NCBI GenBank assembly: GCA_033850605.1
Contig: JAWWPL010000246.1
Location: 1-46,525 of the forward strand
DNA length: 46,525 nucleotides
From: Blastocatellia bacterium
GTDB lineage: Bacteria; Acidobacteriota; Blastocatellia; Pyrinomonadales; Pyrinomonadaceae
Reading direction: 5' to 3'
Shown here: positions 1 through 9,978 of the stretch, in pieces
Position numbering within the stretch: the first letter of the stretch is position 1
Layout: each line of letters starts with the position of its first letter
Notes under the pieces: generated by a model
Told to the model about the DNA's origin: nothing
Databases searched by the model: none
The model's input: the letters and a program-made list of their open reading frames with translations, nothing else
Program-made: the position numbers and the translations under genes

Positions 1-1
1 G

Positions 2-100
2 GTCTATTCCTCAAAGCTCGACGGTTCGGAAAAGAAAGCATTGGTCTTCGCCGGGGGAAACTTGACCGGCGTCGCCTACGTTGATTTTGCGCAAGCGTAA
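2..100 (+). CDS. 3' end of an unidentified CDS entering from upstream of the window (ends ...LVFAGGNLTGVAYVDFAQA*)
   Basis: Frame 2 is open from the window edge to TAA 98-100. The 33 residues do not identify a family. An 8-bp stem (cgcaagcg 90-97 / cgcttgcg 109-116) straddles the stop. Confidence 0.25.
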   Translation, partial: VYSSKLDGSEKKALVFAGGNLTGVAYVDFAQA

Positions 101-177
101 ACGACGAGCGCTTGCGAGAAAGAAAACTACGGACACTCCACTACGGAGTCCACGAACGAGATTTAAGGAGAACGAAG

Positions 178-1392
178 ATGGCAACTGAAAGAAGAGAGAT
201 TAAGCAAACGAAGCCGCTGCCGGCGCCAAATGTTGACTTCTACGAACTGAGCGAGACCTTGCCGGCCGAAGAAAGAGAAGTTGTGAAACAGGTGCGCGAG
301 TTCATGCAAAGTAAGGTCGCACCGATCATCACGAAATACTGGGTCGACGACGCATTTCCATTTGAATTGTTGCCGGCGATAAAGGAACTCAACATCGGCG
401 GCGTCGGAATGGAAGGATATGGCTGTCGGGGCGGGAGTGAATTGCTCTTTGGATTGATAGCAATGGAGATGTCGCGCTTCGACTCGTCGATTGCGACCTT
501 CTTCGGGGTCCACAACGGTCTGGCGATGGGTTCCATCTATCTGGGTGGATCGGAGGAGCAAAAACAGAAGTGGCTCCCGCCGATGGCGCGTTGGGAAACG
601 ATCGGCTGCTTCGGTCTGACGGAACCGCTCGTCGGTTCCGGAGCGTCAGGCGGCCTGACTACGACGGCGAAACGCGAAGGTGATACCTGGATTATCAACG
701 GCCAGAAGAAATGGATCGGCAACTCACCATGGTGCGACATTTCGATCATCTGGGCGCGCGATGTCGCTGACAACCAGGTCAAGGGATTCATCGTCGAGAA
801 TAAGAACACCCCGGGATTCAGCGTCGAGAAAATCCAAAACAAGATCGCGCTCAAAGTTGTCCAGAATGGCGTGATCACGATGGACAACTGTCGCGTGCCC
901 GAGGAGAACCGTCTCCAGGGAGACACATCGTTTCGCGACACCGCGCGCGTTTTGAGGATGACCCGCTTTCTAGTTGCCTGGGAAGCCACCGGATGCGCGA
1001 TGGGCGCCTACGAGAATGCGCTCAAGTATTGCCAGGAGCGGTTGCAGTTTGGCAGACCGATCGCGTCGTTCCAGTTGGTTCAGGACCTGCTCGCAAAAAT
1101 GCTCGCGAATATTACTGCGTCACAGTGCATGGTAGTTCGCACAGCCCAACTGCAGGCCGAGGGCAAACTGTCCGACGCACATGCGGCGCTGGCCAAGGCG
1201 TTCACCACCGCGAAATGCCGCGAGACCGTCGCCTGGGCGCGCGAGTTGTTGGGGGGCAACGGCATCGCCGCCGAATACAACGTCGGGCGGTTCTTCAACG
1301 ACTCGGAAGCGCTTTATTCCTACGAAGGCACCTATCAGATGCAGAACCTGATTGTCGGCAAGGCGGTAACCGGATTGAGCGCTTTCGTTTAA
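178..1392 (+). CDS. acyl-CoA dehydrogenase, glutaryl-CoA dehydrogenase-like
   Basis: ORF track 112..1392. ACAD motifs are present: IGCFGLTEP...GSGASG and C-terminal YSYEGTYQMQNLIVGKAVTG, which matches the catalytic-Glu context of GCDH-type enzymes. Start moved to ATG 178, 7 nt after AAGGAG (165-170). Confidence 0.85.
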   Translation: MATERREIKQTKPLPAPNVDFYELSETLPAEEREVVKQVREFMQSKVAPIITKYWVDDAFPFELLPAIKELNIGGVGMEGYGCRGGSELLFGLIAMEMSRFDSSIATFFGVHNGLAMGSIYLGGSEEQKQKWLPPMARWETIGCFGLTEPLVGSGASGGLTTTAKREGDTWIINGQKKWIGNSPWCDISIIWARDVADNQVKGFIVENKNTPGFSVEKIQNKIALKVVQNGVITMDNCRVPEENRLQGDTSFRDTARVLRMTRFLVAWEATGCAMGAYENALKYCQERLQFGRPIASFQLVQDLLAKMLANITASQCMVVRTAQLQAEGKLSDAHAALAKAFTTAKCRETVAWARELLGGNGIAAEYNVGRFFNDSEALYSYEGTYQMQNLIVGKAVTGLSAFV

Positions 1393-1447
1393 TCATCGAA
1401 GAAGACCGAAAGCATTTTGAAATTAAATAAACAGGAGACCAGGCATC

Positions 1448-2245
1448 ATGAGTTCACCGGCTGCAACACTTGAAAATGTTTTGTACGAGAAGAAAGGCGC
1501 CGTCGCTTACATCACCCTCAATCGTCCGCAGGTGCTCAATGCACTGAATCAACGAACCTGGGAGGAGTTGCGCGCGGCGTTCGAGGACGCGCGTGATGAT
1601 GCCGAGGTCCGCGGGATCATCGTGACGGGGGCCGGCGATAAAGCGTTCGCGGCGGGAGCAGACATCAGCGAACTCGCCAAAGCCACTGCTGTCGAAGCGG
1701 AGAAGTCGAGTAGTTACGGACAGCAAGTCCTCAATCTCGTCGAGAGTCTCGGCAAGCCGGTCATCGCCGCGGTGAATGGCTTTGCGCTCGGCGGTGGTTG
1801 TGAAACCGCGATGGCTTGCACGATCCGCGTGGCTTCGGAGAACGCAAAGTTCGGTGTGCCTGAAGTTACTCTGGGACTCATCCCGGGCTGCGGTGGCACG
1901 CAGAGACTGCCGCGTCTGGTCGGCAAGGGCCGCGCGCTTCAGCTCATTCTTTCCGGGGGAATGATCGGCGCGGATGAAGCCTATCGCATCGGCCTCGTCA
2001 ACGAAGTTGTTCCCGCGGCAGATCTTATCAGCCGCGCCGAAGCAATCCTGAAACCGATTCTGGCTAACGCTCCGCTTTCCGTGAAGTTTGCGCTCGAGGC
2101 TGTGAACAACGGATTGAACACCACTGTTACCGAAGGCCTGGCCCTCGAAGCCTCGTACTTCGGACTGTGTGCCGGAACCGAAGACAAGAAGGAAGGCACC
2201 GAGGCGTTTCTACAGAAAAGAAAGGCGCAGTTTCAAGGACGATGA
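1448..2245 (+). CDS. enoyl-CoA hydratase (crotonase family)
   Basis: Crotonase-fold motifs VTGAGDKAFAAGADISE, NGFALGGGCETAMACT and GVPEVTLGLIPGCGGTQRL. AGGAGA lies about 9 nt upstream of the ATG. Confidence 0.9.
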   Translation: MSSPAATLENVLYEKKGAVAYITLNRPQVLNALNQRTWEELRAAFEDARDDAEVRGIIVTGAGDKAFAAGADISELAKATAVEAEKSSSYGQQVLNLVESLGKPVIAAVNGFALGGGCETAMACTIRVASENAKFGVPEVTLGLIPGCGGTQRLPRLVGKGRALQLILSGGMIGADEAYRIGLVNEVVPAADLISRAEAILKPILANAPLSVKFALEAVNNGLNTTVTEGLALEASYFGLCAGTEDKKEGTEAFLQKRKAQFQGR

Positions 2246-2301
2246 TTTTCGAGATCGTCGCTCAAAAGGGCTTGAAGTTGGCATTAATTAAGGAGACAAG
2301 G

Positions 2302-3528
2302 ATGACAAAAGACAATATCTTTTCGGGATTGAAAGTAGTAGATCTGGCGAGCTTCATTGCGGGTCCCAGCGCCGCCGTGATCCTGTCTGATTTTGGCGCC
2401 GACGTGATCAAAGTAGAGCCCCCATCCGGTGACTACTGGAGACATGGGAACCAGATCCCGCCGCAGCCGTTTTCGAAGGATCCTTATCAGTGGCATCTAC
2501 AGAATCGCAACAAGCGCGGCTTGGCGCTGGATCTAAAATCCCCGGGCGCTCAGCCGATTCTCGAGAAGCTCGTCAAGTGGGCCGACGTGCTCATCGTCAA
2601 TACGCCGCATCCCGGGCGCAAACGTCTGAAGCTCGAATACGAGGATGTTGCCCAGTGGAATCCGCGTTTGATCTATGCCGATGTCACCGGATTCGGTGAC
2701 CACGGGCCTGATGCCGAGCTGCCGGGTTTCGATATCACTTCGTACTGGTCGCGCAGTGGTCTGCTATCGATGACCCGCGACGCCGGCGCACCGCCCACTT
2801 GGCCGGTGGCCGGTAGCGGTGACAATGCGACCGCCGTTGGTCTCTATTCCGCGATCGTCACCGCGCTCTATCGTCGCGAGCGCACCGGTAAAGGGTCGTA
2901 CGTCACGACCTCGCTGCTGGCTGAGGGTATCTGGTCTGCCAGCGTTTCAATTCAAGGCGCGTTGAGCGGTGCGAAGTTTTACGGATTGCACGATCGCAAG
3001 AATCCTGCGAATGCAGCTCTGAACGTGTATCGTGCCGCCGACGGCACCTGGTTCGTGCTCCTGGTCACGCCTGACAAAGTGGAAGCAGTGGTGAAAGCAA
3101 TAGGCCGCGCCGACTTATTAACCGATCCACGGTTCTCCCCAGCGAACCTGGTGGCGAACATGGCGGAGTTGACCGCCATTCTCGACGAAGTATTCGGTGC
3201 GCAGCCGATGGCGCATTGGTATGAGGCCTTCAATAACGCCCGCGTCACGTTCGGTGCAGTGCGCGACCCACAAGAAGTAATCAACGATCCGCAACTGCGA
3301 GCGAATGACATCGTCGTTCCGCTTGAAGGCGCCGGCGGCAAACTGACGTCAACGATTAGCAGCCCAATTCAAGTGCATGGTGTTGACAAGGTAACTGCAA
3401 AACGCGCGCCGGAACTTGGCGAACACAATGAAGAGATTCTCCAGGAGTTGGGCTTCGACACAAAACAAATCGAGAGTTTTCTGGCGGGTAGAGTTGTGAC
3501 AGAACCCAGAGAATTAGCGGCTAAATGA
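2302..3528 (+). CDS. family III CoA-transferase (CaiB/BaiF/SUGCT-like)
   Basis: N-terminal LKVVDLASFIAGPSAAVILSDFGADVIKVEPP is typical of family III CoA-transferases. ORF track starts at 2167 inside the previous gene. Start moved to ATG 2302, 6 nt after AAGGAG (2290-2295). Confidence 0.88.
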   Translation: MTKDNIFSGLKVVDLASFIAGPSAAVILSDFGADVIKVEPPSGDYWRHGNQIPPQPFSKDPYQWHLQNRNKRGLALDLKSPGAQPILEKLVKWADVLIVNTPHPGRKRLKLEYEDVAQWNPRLIYADVTGFGDHGPDAELPGFDITSYWSRSGLLSMTRDAGAPPTWPVAGSGDNATAVGLYSAIVTALYRRERTGKGSYVTTSLLAEGIWSASVSIQGALSGAKFYGLHDRKNPANAALNVYRAADGTWFVLLVTPDKVEAVVKAIGRADLLTDPRFSPANLVANMAELTAILDEVFGAQPMAHWYEAFNNARVTFGAVRDPQEVINDPQLRANDIVVPLEGAGGKLTSTISSPIQVHGVDKVTAKRAPELGEHNEEILQELGFDTKQIESFLAGRVVTEPRELAAK

Positions 3529-3536
3529 GGTGAACG

Positions 3537-4310
3537 ATGAGTGATATTTTGACCGAACGTGCCGGAAGCATCTTACGGGTGACCTTAAACCGGCCCGCGA
3601 AGAAGAATGCGATGACTTCAAGTATGTACGTAACTTTTGCGGAGATTCTCAACGACGCAGCAAAAAATGAGGAGATCCGGGTCGTGCTTTGGAGTGGCGC
3701 CGGAGACTCCTTTTCCGCCGGCAACGACATCGAAGATTTCCTGAAGAACCCGCCAGGGCCAGGTGAGAGTCCACAAGCTCAACTGGCGAATGCATTACTC
3801 AACTTTGACAAGCCACTGATCGCCGCGGTGAAGGGTGTCGCTATCGGAGGGGGAACCACCTTGCTCACCCACTGCGACTTCGTGTACGCAGGTGCAAATT
3901 CGAAGTTCCAACTGCCTTTTGTCAATCTCGGACTCGTGCCGGAGTTTGGATCCAGTTGGTCATTGCCGGCGCGAAGCGGATACCTCCGGGCTGCTGAAAT
4001 AATAATGTTGGGCCAGCCTTTTGGCGCCACGCTTGCGGCTGAGATCGGATTGGTAACCGAGGTTGTACCTGACGCTAGAGTGCTCGATACAGCTATTGAA
4101 ACAGCGTCGAAGTTGGCGGCGAAACCGCCCGCGGCTCTGCAAGCGTGCAAGCGGCTCATCAAGCGCTATCCACGCGAACAGCTTGATGAGGCGATAAAAG
4201 TCGAGAACGAAGAGTTCTCCTCGCGAGTACGCTCGGCAGAAGCAAAGGAAGCGTTCACGGCGTTTATTGAGAAGCGTCGCCCGGACTTCACGAAAGCGCA
4301 ACGCGTATGA
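3537..4310 (+). CDS. enoyl-CoA hydratase/isomerase family protein
   Basis: Crotonase-fold motifs WSGAGDSFSAGNDIEDF, KGVAIGGGTTLLTHCD and PFVNLGLVPEFGSS. The gene starts 8 nt after the CoA-transferase stop. Confidence 0.88.
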   Translation: MSDILTERAGSILRVTLNRPAKKNAMTSSMYVTFAEILNDAAKNEEIRVVLWSGAGDSFSAGNDIEDFLKNPPGPGESPQAQLANALLNFDKPLIAAVKGVAIGGGTTLLTHCDFVYAGANSKFQLPFVNLGLVPEFGSSWSLPARSGYLRAAEIIMLGQPFGATLAAEIGLVTEVVPDARVLDTAIETASKLAAKPPAALQACKRLIKRYPREQLDEAIKVENEEFSSRVRSAEAKEAFTAFIEKRRPDFTKAQRV

Positions 4311-4352
4311 CGCGCGTGCCGTAAATGAACCCACTGATCACGGTAGATAACG

Positions 4353-5840
4353 ATGACTGAATGTGAAATTCTAACCACTGCCTCCGGTATCCCGGTCGCC
4401 GACAACCAAAACTCGTTGACGGCCGGGCCCCGCGGTCCGGTGTTGATGCAAGACTTTCATTTGATCGAAAAGATGGCCCACTTCAACCGGGAGCGGATCC
4501 CCGAGCGAGTGGTCCATGCTAAGGGCGCCGGCGCGTTTGGAGTGTTTACGGGCACAGGAGATATCACCAGGTACAGCAAGGCTGCGGTGTTCTCTGCTAT
4601 CGGCAAGAGGACAGATGTCATGGTTCGTTTCTCGACCGTTGGCGGCGAGAAAGGTTCCGCCGATTCGGCGCGCGACCCGCGCGGCTTCGCGATCAAGTTC
4701 TACACCGAAGAGGGTAACTGGGACCTGGTCGGCAACAACACTCCCGTCTTCTTTATCCGTGACGCGCTGAAGTTCAGTGACTTCATCCACACGCAGAAGC
4801 GTGACCCGCAGACCAATCTAAAGTCTCCAACCATGATGTGGGACTTCTGGTCGTTGTCGCCCGAGTCGCTCCATCAGGTCACGATTCTTTTCAGCGACCG
4901 GGGCACGCCGAAAAACTACCGCCACATGGACGGTTTCTCCAGTCATACGTTCAGCCTCATCAACTCACGGAACGAGCGCTTTTGGGTGAAATTCCATCTT
5001 AAGACTAAACAGGGCATTCAAAATCTTACCCGGGAAGAGTCGATTCAACTCGCGGGTACGAATCCGGATCACGCAACCAAGGATCTCTTTGAGGCCATCG
5101 AGAAAGGCCACTATCCGAAGTGGCGCCTCTCGGTTCAGATCATGCCGGAATTGGAGGCAGAGACTTATCACTTCAACCCCTTCGACCTTACCAAGGTCTG
5201 GCCGCATACGGACTATCCTTTGATCGAGGTGGGCGAGCTTGAGCTAAATCGAAATCCCACTAATTACTTTGCCGAGGTCGAGCAGGCGACTTTCGCGCCG
5301 GCGAACGTGGTCCCCGGCATTAGCTTTTCGCCCGACAAGATGTTGCAGGCCCGGATTCTTTCCTATCCCGACGCACATCGTCACCGGCTCGGCGTGAACT
5401 ACGAATCGTTGCCGGTTAACCGCCCGCATAGCGCAGTCCATGATTACCACCGTGATGGCGCCATGCGCTTCGACGCCAACGGCGGCGCGGCGCCCAACTA
5501 CGAACCGAATAGTTTCAATGGTCCGACCGAGGACCCCCGTTATGCGGAGCCGCCGCTACGCATCGCGGGCGAGGCGGCTCGCTATGACCATCGTACAGAC
5601 AACGACGATTACCAGCAGGCCGGCGACCTATTCCGGTTAATGAAACCGGAAGAGCGTGCGCGCCTGATTGACAACATCGTGGACAGTTTTATCTGTGTAC
5701 CGCCCCAGATCCAGGCACGTCAGATCGCACACTTTATTAAGGCAGATCCGGATTACGGCCGTGGGGTGGAACGGGGACTGAATGCCGCCCGAATGAAAGC
5801 CTTGGGATGTTCTGAGAAAGAGTTGCCCGAATCATGTTAA
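4353..5840 (+). CDS. katA: monofunctional haem catalase (small-subunit type, 495 aa)
   Basis: [20 protein letters not shown] carries the distal His motif. [17 protein letters not shown] carries the proximal Tyr region. Length fits a small-subunit catalase. Confidence 0.95.
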   Translation: MTECEILTTASGIPVADNQNSLTAGPRGPVLMQDFHLIEKMAHFNRERIPERVVHAKGAGAFGVFTGTGDITRYSKAAVFSAIGKRTDVMVRFSTVGGEKGSADSARDPRGFAIKFYTEEGNWDLVGNNTPVFFIRDALKFSDFIHTQKRDPQTNLKSPTMMWDFWSLSPESLHQVTILFSDRGTPKNYRHMDGFSSHTFSLINSRNERFWVKFHLKTKQGIQNLTREESIQLAGTNPDHATKDLFEAIEKGHYPKWRLSVQIMPELEAETYHFNPFDLTKVWPHTDYPLIEVGELELNRNPTNYFAEVEQATFAPANVVPGISFSPDKMLQARILSYPDAHRHRLGVNYESLPVNRPHSAVHDYHRDGAMRFDANGGAAPNYEPNSFNGPTEDPRYAEPPLRIAGEAARYDHRTDNDDYQQAGDLFRLMKPEERARLIDNIVDSFICVPPQIQARQIAHFIKADPDYGRGVERGLNAARMKALGCSEKELPESC

Positions 5841-7249
5841 TAGCCGCAAAAGAAAAGACCGTTCGACGAGTCGTTACTACGCACTTGCCGACCAAATGGG
5901 GAGTGTTGCAGACCATCGGTTTCGAACGGGACATCTTGCCCGGAAGCGGAGGGCGTGAAACCGCGGTTGCAATCATCCTGGGTAATCTGGCCGACGGGAG
6001 TCCGCTGGTGCGGATTCACTCGGAATGCTTCACCGGCGAGGTGCTTGGATCGCTGCGGTGTGATTGTAATGATCAGCTGGACCTTGCTATGCGGGCCATC
6101 GCCGGCGACGGTCGTGGGTTGGTCATCTACGAACACCAGGAAGGCCGCGGCATTGGGCTGATGGCGAAGTTGCGCGCCTACGCCCTCCAGGATGAAGGTC
6201 TCGACACAGTCGAAGCTAATCTTGCGCTGGGATTCGAGGATGACGCGCGAGACTTTGGTCTATCCGTCGCTATTCTTCGCGAGCTCGGACTCGATCGCGT
6301 CCGTCTGCTCACAAACAATCCGGACAAAGTTCGCGCGTTGATTGATGGAGGCATTGAAGCTGAACAGCTTTCCTGCGAAGCAGTGCCAAACTCACACTCA
6401 CTGGGTTACTTGCGAACCAAGAAAGAAAAAATGGGTCACGCGTTAACGCTCGAAACCAAGGAACAAATAGGTCCTATAAGTCCTATTCGTCCCATAAGTC
6501 ATATTGATCAAGGTTTTTCCTTCGCCACCATCGACGAGGCACTTCGCGAACTGCGCGCCGGCCGAATGATCGTCGTAGTCGACGATGAAGATCGTGAAAA
6601 TGAAGGCGACCTGACGATGGCGGCGGAAATGGTCACGCCAGAGGCGATCAATTTCATGGCCACACACGGGAGGGGCCTGATCTGTGTCGCCATGACTGAT
6701 GAGAGATTGAAGGAATTAGAAATTGGTTCGATGGTGCCGGCAAATAGCGCTTTGGGTGGGACCGCATTCACCGTTTCAATCGACCTAAATCGCCAGGATA
6801 TAACGACCGGGATATCAGCTTACGACCGCGCGCAAACAATTAAGATGGCAGTTAACCCGAACAGTCATCCGGAAGACTTCGCGCGACCAGGTCACGTCTT
6901 TCCACTTCGTGCTCGGCCAGGCGGTGTTCTCGAACGACGCGGCCAAACGGAAGCGGCCGTAGATCTGGCGAGTCTCGCTGGCCTGCAGCCCGCCGGAGTG
7001 ATTTGCGAGATCATCAATGACGACGGCACGATGGCTCGTTTGCCTGACCTTATCGAATTCTGCAAGAAGCACGATCTGCTCATGATCACGGTCGCAGATC
7101 TCGCGCGCTATCGTTTCGATTCCGATTATGAAGGCTCCCTGGCGGCATACGATGGTATGTTTCCTGTATGTAACAGGATCTCTCCGACTGATCTCGATCG
7201 AACCTTCCCTGCCAACACTCCATTTATTAATGCGGAGTTGATTGGATGA
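5834..7249 (+). CDS. ribBA: bifunctional GTP cyclohydrolase II (N-terminal) / 3,4-dihydroxy-2-butanone-4-phosphate synthase (C-terminal), reversed domain order
   Basis: Residues about 10-205 align with RibA: [25 protein letters not shown] zinc Cys triad, [44 protein letters not shown]. Residues about 225-430 align with RibB: [46 protein letters not shown]. The ATG at 5834 overlaps the catalase stop (5838-5840). Confidence 0.9.
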   Translation: MLIAAKEKTVRRVVTTHLPTKWGVLQTIGFERDILPGSGGRETAVAIILGNLADGSPLVRIHSECFTGEVLGSLRCDCNDQLDLAMRAIAGDGRGLVIYEHQEGRGIGLMAKLRAYALQDEGLDTVEANLALGFEDDARDFGLSVAILRELGLDRVRLLTNNPDKVRALIDGGIEAEQLSCEAVPNSHSLGYLRTKKEKMGHALTLETKEQIGPISPIRPISHIDQGFSFATIDEALRELRAGRMIVVVDDEDRENEGDLTMAAEMVTPEAINFMATHGRGLICVAMTDERLKELEIGSMVPANSALGGTAFTVSIDLNRQDITTGISAYDRAQTIKMAVNPNSHPEDFARPGHVFPLRARPGGVLERRGQTEAAVDLASLAGLQPAGVICEIINDDGTMARLPDLIEFCKKHDLLMITVADLARYRFDSDYEGSLAAYDGMFPVCNRISPTDLDRTFPANTPFINAELIG

Positions 7250-8736
7250 TCCACACGCATTCACTAGGACGGGCTGTTCGCTACTATCCGGAAAGGACGG
7301 CGTTTGCATCGGGCGAAGAACGCTCGACCTTTCGTGAGCTTCACGATCGCGTCGGAAGAATTGCCGCGGGGCTAACGAAACGCGGCTTCAGGAAAGGTGA
7401 CCGTTTGGCGTTACTACTGCCGAATGAACGTGAGTATGTCGAGCTGGTGTACGCGTGCGCCTGGCTTGGCGTAATTGCGGTGCCTTTGAATACCCGGCTT
7501 TCAGCAAAGGAGATCGATCATGTACTGGTTGACGCAGCCCCGCATGGGTTGATTCGGCACTCGTCGCTGGCTGCTCCAAGCGTTAAGCTTCCTGGCCAAC
7601 TGGTCATCGACAAAGAACCACTCGACCCGGGGAATGACTCATTTCCTGCGGATGTCTACGACCCGGATGCAGTATTTGCACTCATCTATACCAGCGGAAC
7701 CACGGGCCGGCCCAAAGGTGTGGCACTCAGTCATTCCAACATTCTGGCTAATCTGGACCATGTGAACTACTGGATGCGTTACCGAGAAGGTGGTGTCTAT
7801 CTCCACGCCGCGCCGATATTTCACATAGCCGATTTTCCGTTCATGTTCGCTTCGCCGGCTTTCGGGACTTGTCAGGTCACGATTCCGAAGTTCAGCCTGG
7901 AAGCCTTCTGCGATACCGTAGAGCGCGAACGTGTTACGCATACAGTGCTGGTTCCAACCATGCTCAATTTGCTGACCCAATTTGCGGATTTGCGAAAGTA
8001 TGACCTGACCAGCCTTGAGTATTTGGGATATGGCGGATCACCGATCGCTCCCGAACTTATTCACAGCACCAGGAAGATGTTACCCAAAACTAAACTCGTT
8101 CAGGTTTATGGGCTCAGTGAAACGGGCTTTCTTGCGGGACTGCAGGATCATGAACATACAGAAAGCAGATTGATATCTTGCGGGCGCGCTTGTCCCGGCA
8201 TTGAAGTGAAAGTTGTTGACGACAAGGGAAATGAGGTTGCTACCGGCCAGCATGGTGAGTTGGTTGCCCGCGGCGCAAATGTAATGCGTGGCTATTGGAA
8301 CAATTTGAAAGAAACGAACGCGGTATTTCGTGATGGGATGTTCCGCAGCGGTGACATCGGATACCAGGATGCCGATGGTTACATCTACATTCTCGATCGG
8401 TTGAAGGACATGATTGTTACCGGCGGCGAGAATGTTTACTCGGGCGAAGTCGAAGCAGTCATTTACCAACATCCGGCGGTTAAGGAAGTCGCAGTCTTCG
8501 GCATACCTGATCCTAAGTGGGGCGAACTGGTGATGGCTTCCATTGTGCTTAAGCCGGGGTTAGCTCTGAGCGCCGACGAACTAATCTCATTCTGTCGGCG
8601 GTCGCTCGCCAATTACAAAGTCCCGCGTAGCGTTGAATTCTCTGAAACAGAGTTACCGAAGAATGGTTCCGGCAAGATCCTCAAGCGGGATCTGCGCGAA
8701 CGTTTTTGGGCGGATCAGAAACGAGCAGTCGGGTGA
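7246..8736 (+). CDS. AMP-dependent acyl-CoA synthetase/ligase (class I adenylate-forming enzyme)
   Basis: Motifs [43 protein letters not shown] and [10 protein letters not shown]. There is an ATGA start/stop overlap with the preceding gene (7246-7249). Confidence 0.9.
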   Translation: MIHTHSLGRAVRYYPERTAFASGEERSTFRELHDRVGRIAAGLTKRGFRKGDRLALLLPNEREYVELVYACAWLGVIAVPLNTRLSAKEIDHVLVDAAPHGLIRHSSLAAPSVKLPGQLVIDKEPLDPGNDSFPADVYDPDAVFALIYTSGTTGRPKGVALSHSNILANLDHVNYWMRYREGGVYLHAAPIFHIADFPFMFASPAFGTCQVTIPKFSLEAFCDTVERERVTHTVLVPTMLNLLTQFADLRKYDLTSLEYLGYGGSPIAPELIHSTRKMLPKTKLVQVYGLSETGFLAGLQDHEHTESRLISCGRACPGIEVKVVDDKGNEVATGQHGELVARGANVMRGYWNNLKETNAVFRDGMFRSGDIGYQDADGYIYILDRLKDMIVTGGENVYSGEVEAVIYQHPAVKEVAVFGIPDPKWGELVMASIVLKPGLALSADELISFCRRSLANYKVPRSVEFSETELPKNGSGKILKRDLRERFWADQKRAVG

Positions 8737-8772
8737 CGCCATAAAACGAAGTCCGCGGAGGGACTAAAAATA

Positions 8773-9222
8773 TTGATTAATCCCAGTGAAACATCGTCGG
8801 AGCGCGGCCATCGCGTCATTAAGCTTTGTAACGATCGTTTGGCAGACGCCGTGGATTTGCAGCTGCAATGCAAGCACGCTTTCTGGAATACGACGGCCCT
8901 CGATCTGAGAGAGCTCTTCGATCAGGTAAATAAATCGGTCGCCGTTTATACAGATCGGATTGCCGAGCGCGTGATTGAGATTGGCGGAGTTGCGAATTCA
9001 ACTGAGCGGGTGGTGCCTACCTGGTCGCACCTCTTATGCGCGTCGGATGCGTTGTGCCGCAATCATGCTTCGACCCTCGCCACAACGCTGGACTCATTTG
9101 CAGAGCTCGCCCGTCAGGCAATCGAGACGAGTAATGAGTTTAGTGACTCCGCCAGTGCCGATATGTTTACTGAAATTGCTCATGGCGTCGATAAATGGCA
9201 CCGGAAGCTGGTGGCAGTCTGA
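8773..9222 (+). CDS. dps: Dps/ferritin-like protein (divergent)
   Basis: Length about 150 aa. [18 protein letters not shown]...YTDRIAERV aligns with the Dps H-W-N-x(9)-L-H...D-x-x-A-E-R helix pair. The second His position is Phe. Start is TTG, so it is uncertain. Confidence 0.6.
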   Translation: MINPSETSSERGHRVIKLCNDRLADAVDLQLQCKHAFWNTTALDLRELFDQVNKSVAVYTDRIAERVIEIGGVANSTERVVPTWSHLLCASDALCRNHASTLATTLDSFAELARQAIETSNEFSDSASADMFTEIAHGVDKWHRKLVAV

Positions 9223-9236
9223 GAGTCAGCACGGTT

Positions 9237-9776
9237 ATGTTAAGCACCTTGATCGACACTTCACCTCTGACGAAAGCCGAATCTGAGGGCGATCTCGATT
9301 TCTGTTTCCTGGATCTGGCTCTGGCACTCGCGGCCAAAGGCGAAGGTCAGGTAAAGCCAAACCCGCTGGTGGGTACCGTCATTGTGAAGGACGGGGTCAT
9401 CGTGGGTCAGGGCTTTCACCGCTACGATCGAGTCTGGCACGCGGAAGTATTGGCACTCGACGAGGCCGGTCGGCTTGCGAAAGGCGCAACTGTCTATGTA
9501 AATCTGGAACCATGTTGCCACCGAGGGAATGGCAAACGGACTCCTCCATGCACCGACGCCTTGATTGAGGCCCAAGTGAAAAGGGTCGTGTGCTGCATCA
9601 CAGATCCGAACCCTCGTGTTAACGGGCGCGGGGTGGCCGCTCTTCGTGAAGCCGGTATCGCCGTGACGGTTGGCCCAAGAATTTCTGCCGCGCGAATACT
9701 GAATGCGCCATACTTAAGATCAGTTATCATCTCGAACACTTCTCCAGCCCTATCGTTAATGCAACTGCTTTTCTGA
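9237..9776 (+). CDS. ribD: RibD-like pyrimidine deaminase domain only (no reductase domain)
   Basis: [33 protein letters not shown]...TPPC (CDA zinc motif) and [19 protein letters not shown] align with the N-terminal half of RibD. The ORF stops about 30 residues later. No reductase-like sequence appears in any frame downstream. Start chosen at ATG 9237 (track: 9195). Confidence 0.75.
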   Translation: MLSTLIDTSPLTKAESEGDLDFCFLDLALALAAKGEGQVKPNPLVGTVIVKDGVIVGQGFHRYDRVWHAEVLALDEAGRLAKGATVYVNLEPCCHRGNGKRTPPCTDALIEAQVKRVVCCITDPNPRVNGRGVAALREAGIAVTVGPRISAARILNAPYLRSVIISNTSPALSLMQLLF

Positions 9777-9978
9777 TTAGGCTTCTGCCCTGCTTCAGAT
9801 TTGTCTGCGAAAGCCTCATCGATAGCAACGCTTAGCAATTACAAGCAATCGTCGGCAAGACAGGGAAATCTATTCCGGATAATCTTTACACCGAGAAGCC
9901 GGCGTAGGCACCAACAGACTCGCAACGGGGGGTTTCTTTGAACGGATTGAAGGAGAGTTATGAAACAGGACAGCAAAC

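Noticed and set aside
163-1298. Antisense and off-frame ORFs inside the acyl-CoA dehydrogenase gene (163..561-, 240..536-, 537..989-, 680..874+, 993..1430+, 1080..1298-)
   Set aside because: They lie wholly within a CDS with strong family motifs. Their translations are Arg/Ser/Pro-rich low-complexity sequence, typical of non-coding frames in GC-rich DNA.
4311-5840. FMN riboswitch or peroxide-regulator box controlling the catalase-ribAB unit
   Set aside because: The ribAB start overlaps the catalase stop, so there is no leader. The 42-nt gap before the catalase gene shows no PerR/OxyR-like or FMN-element features that I can recognise.
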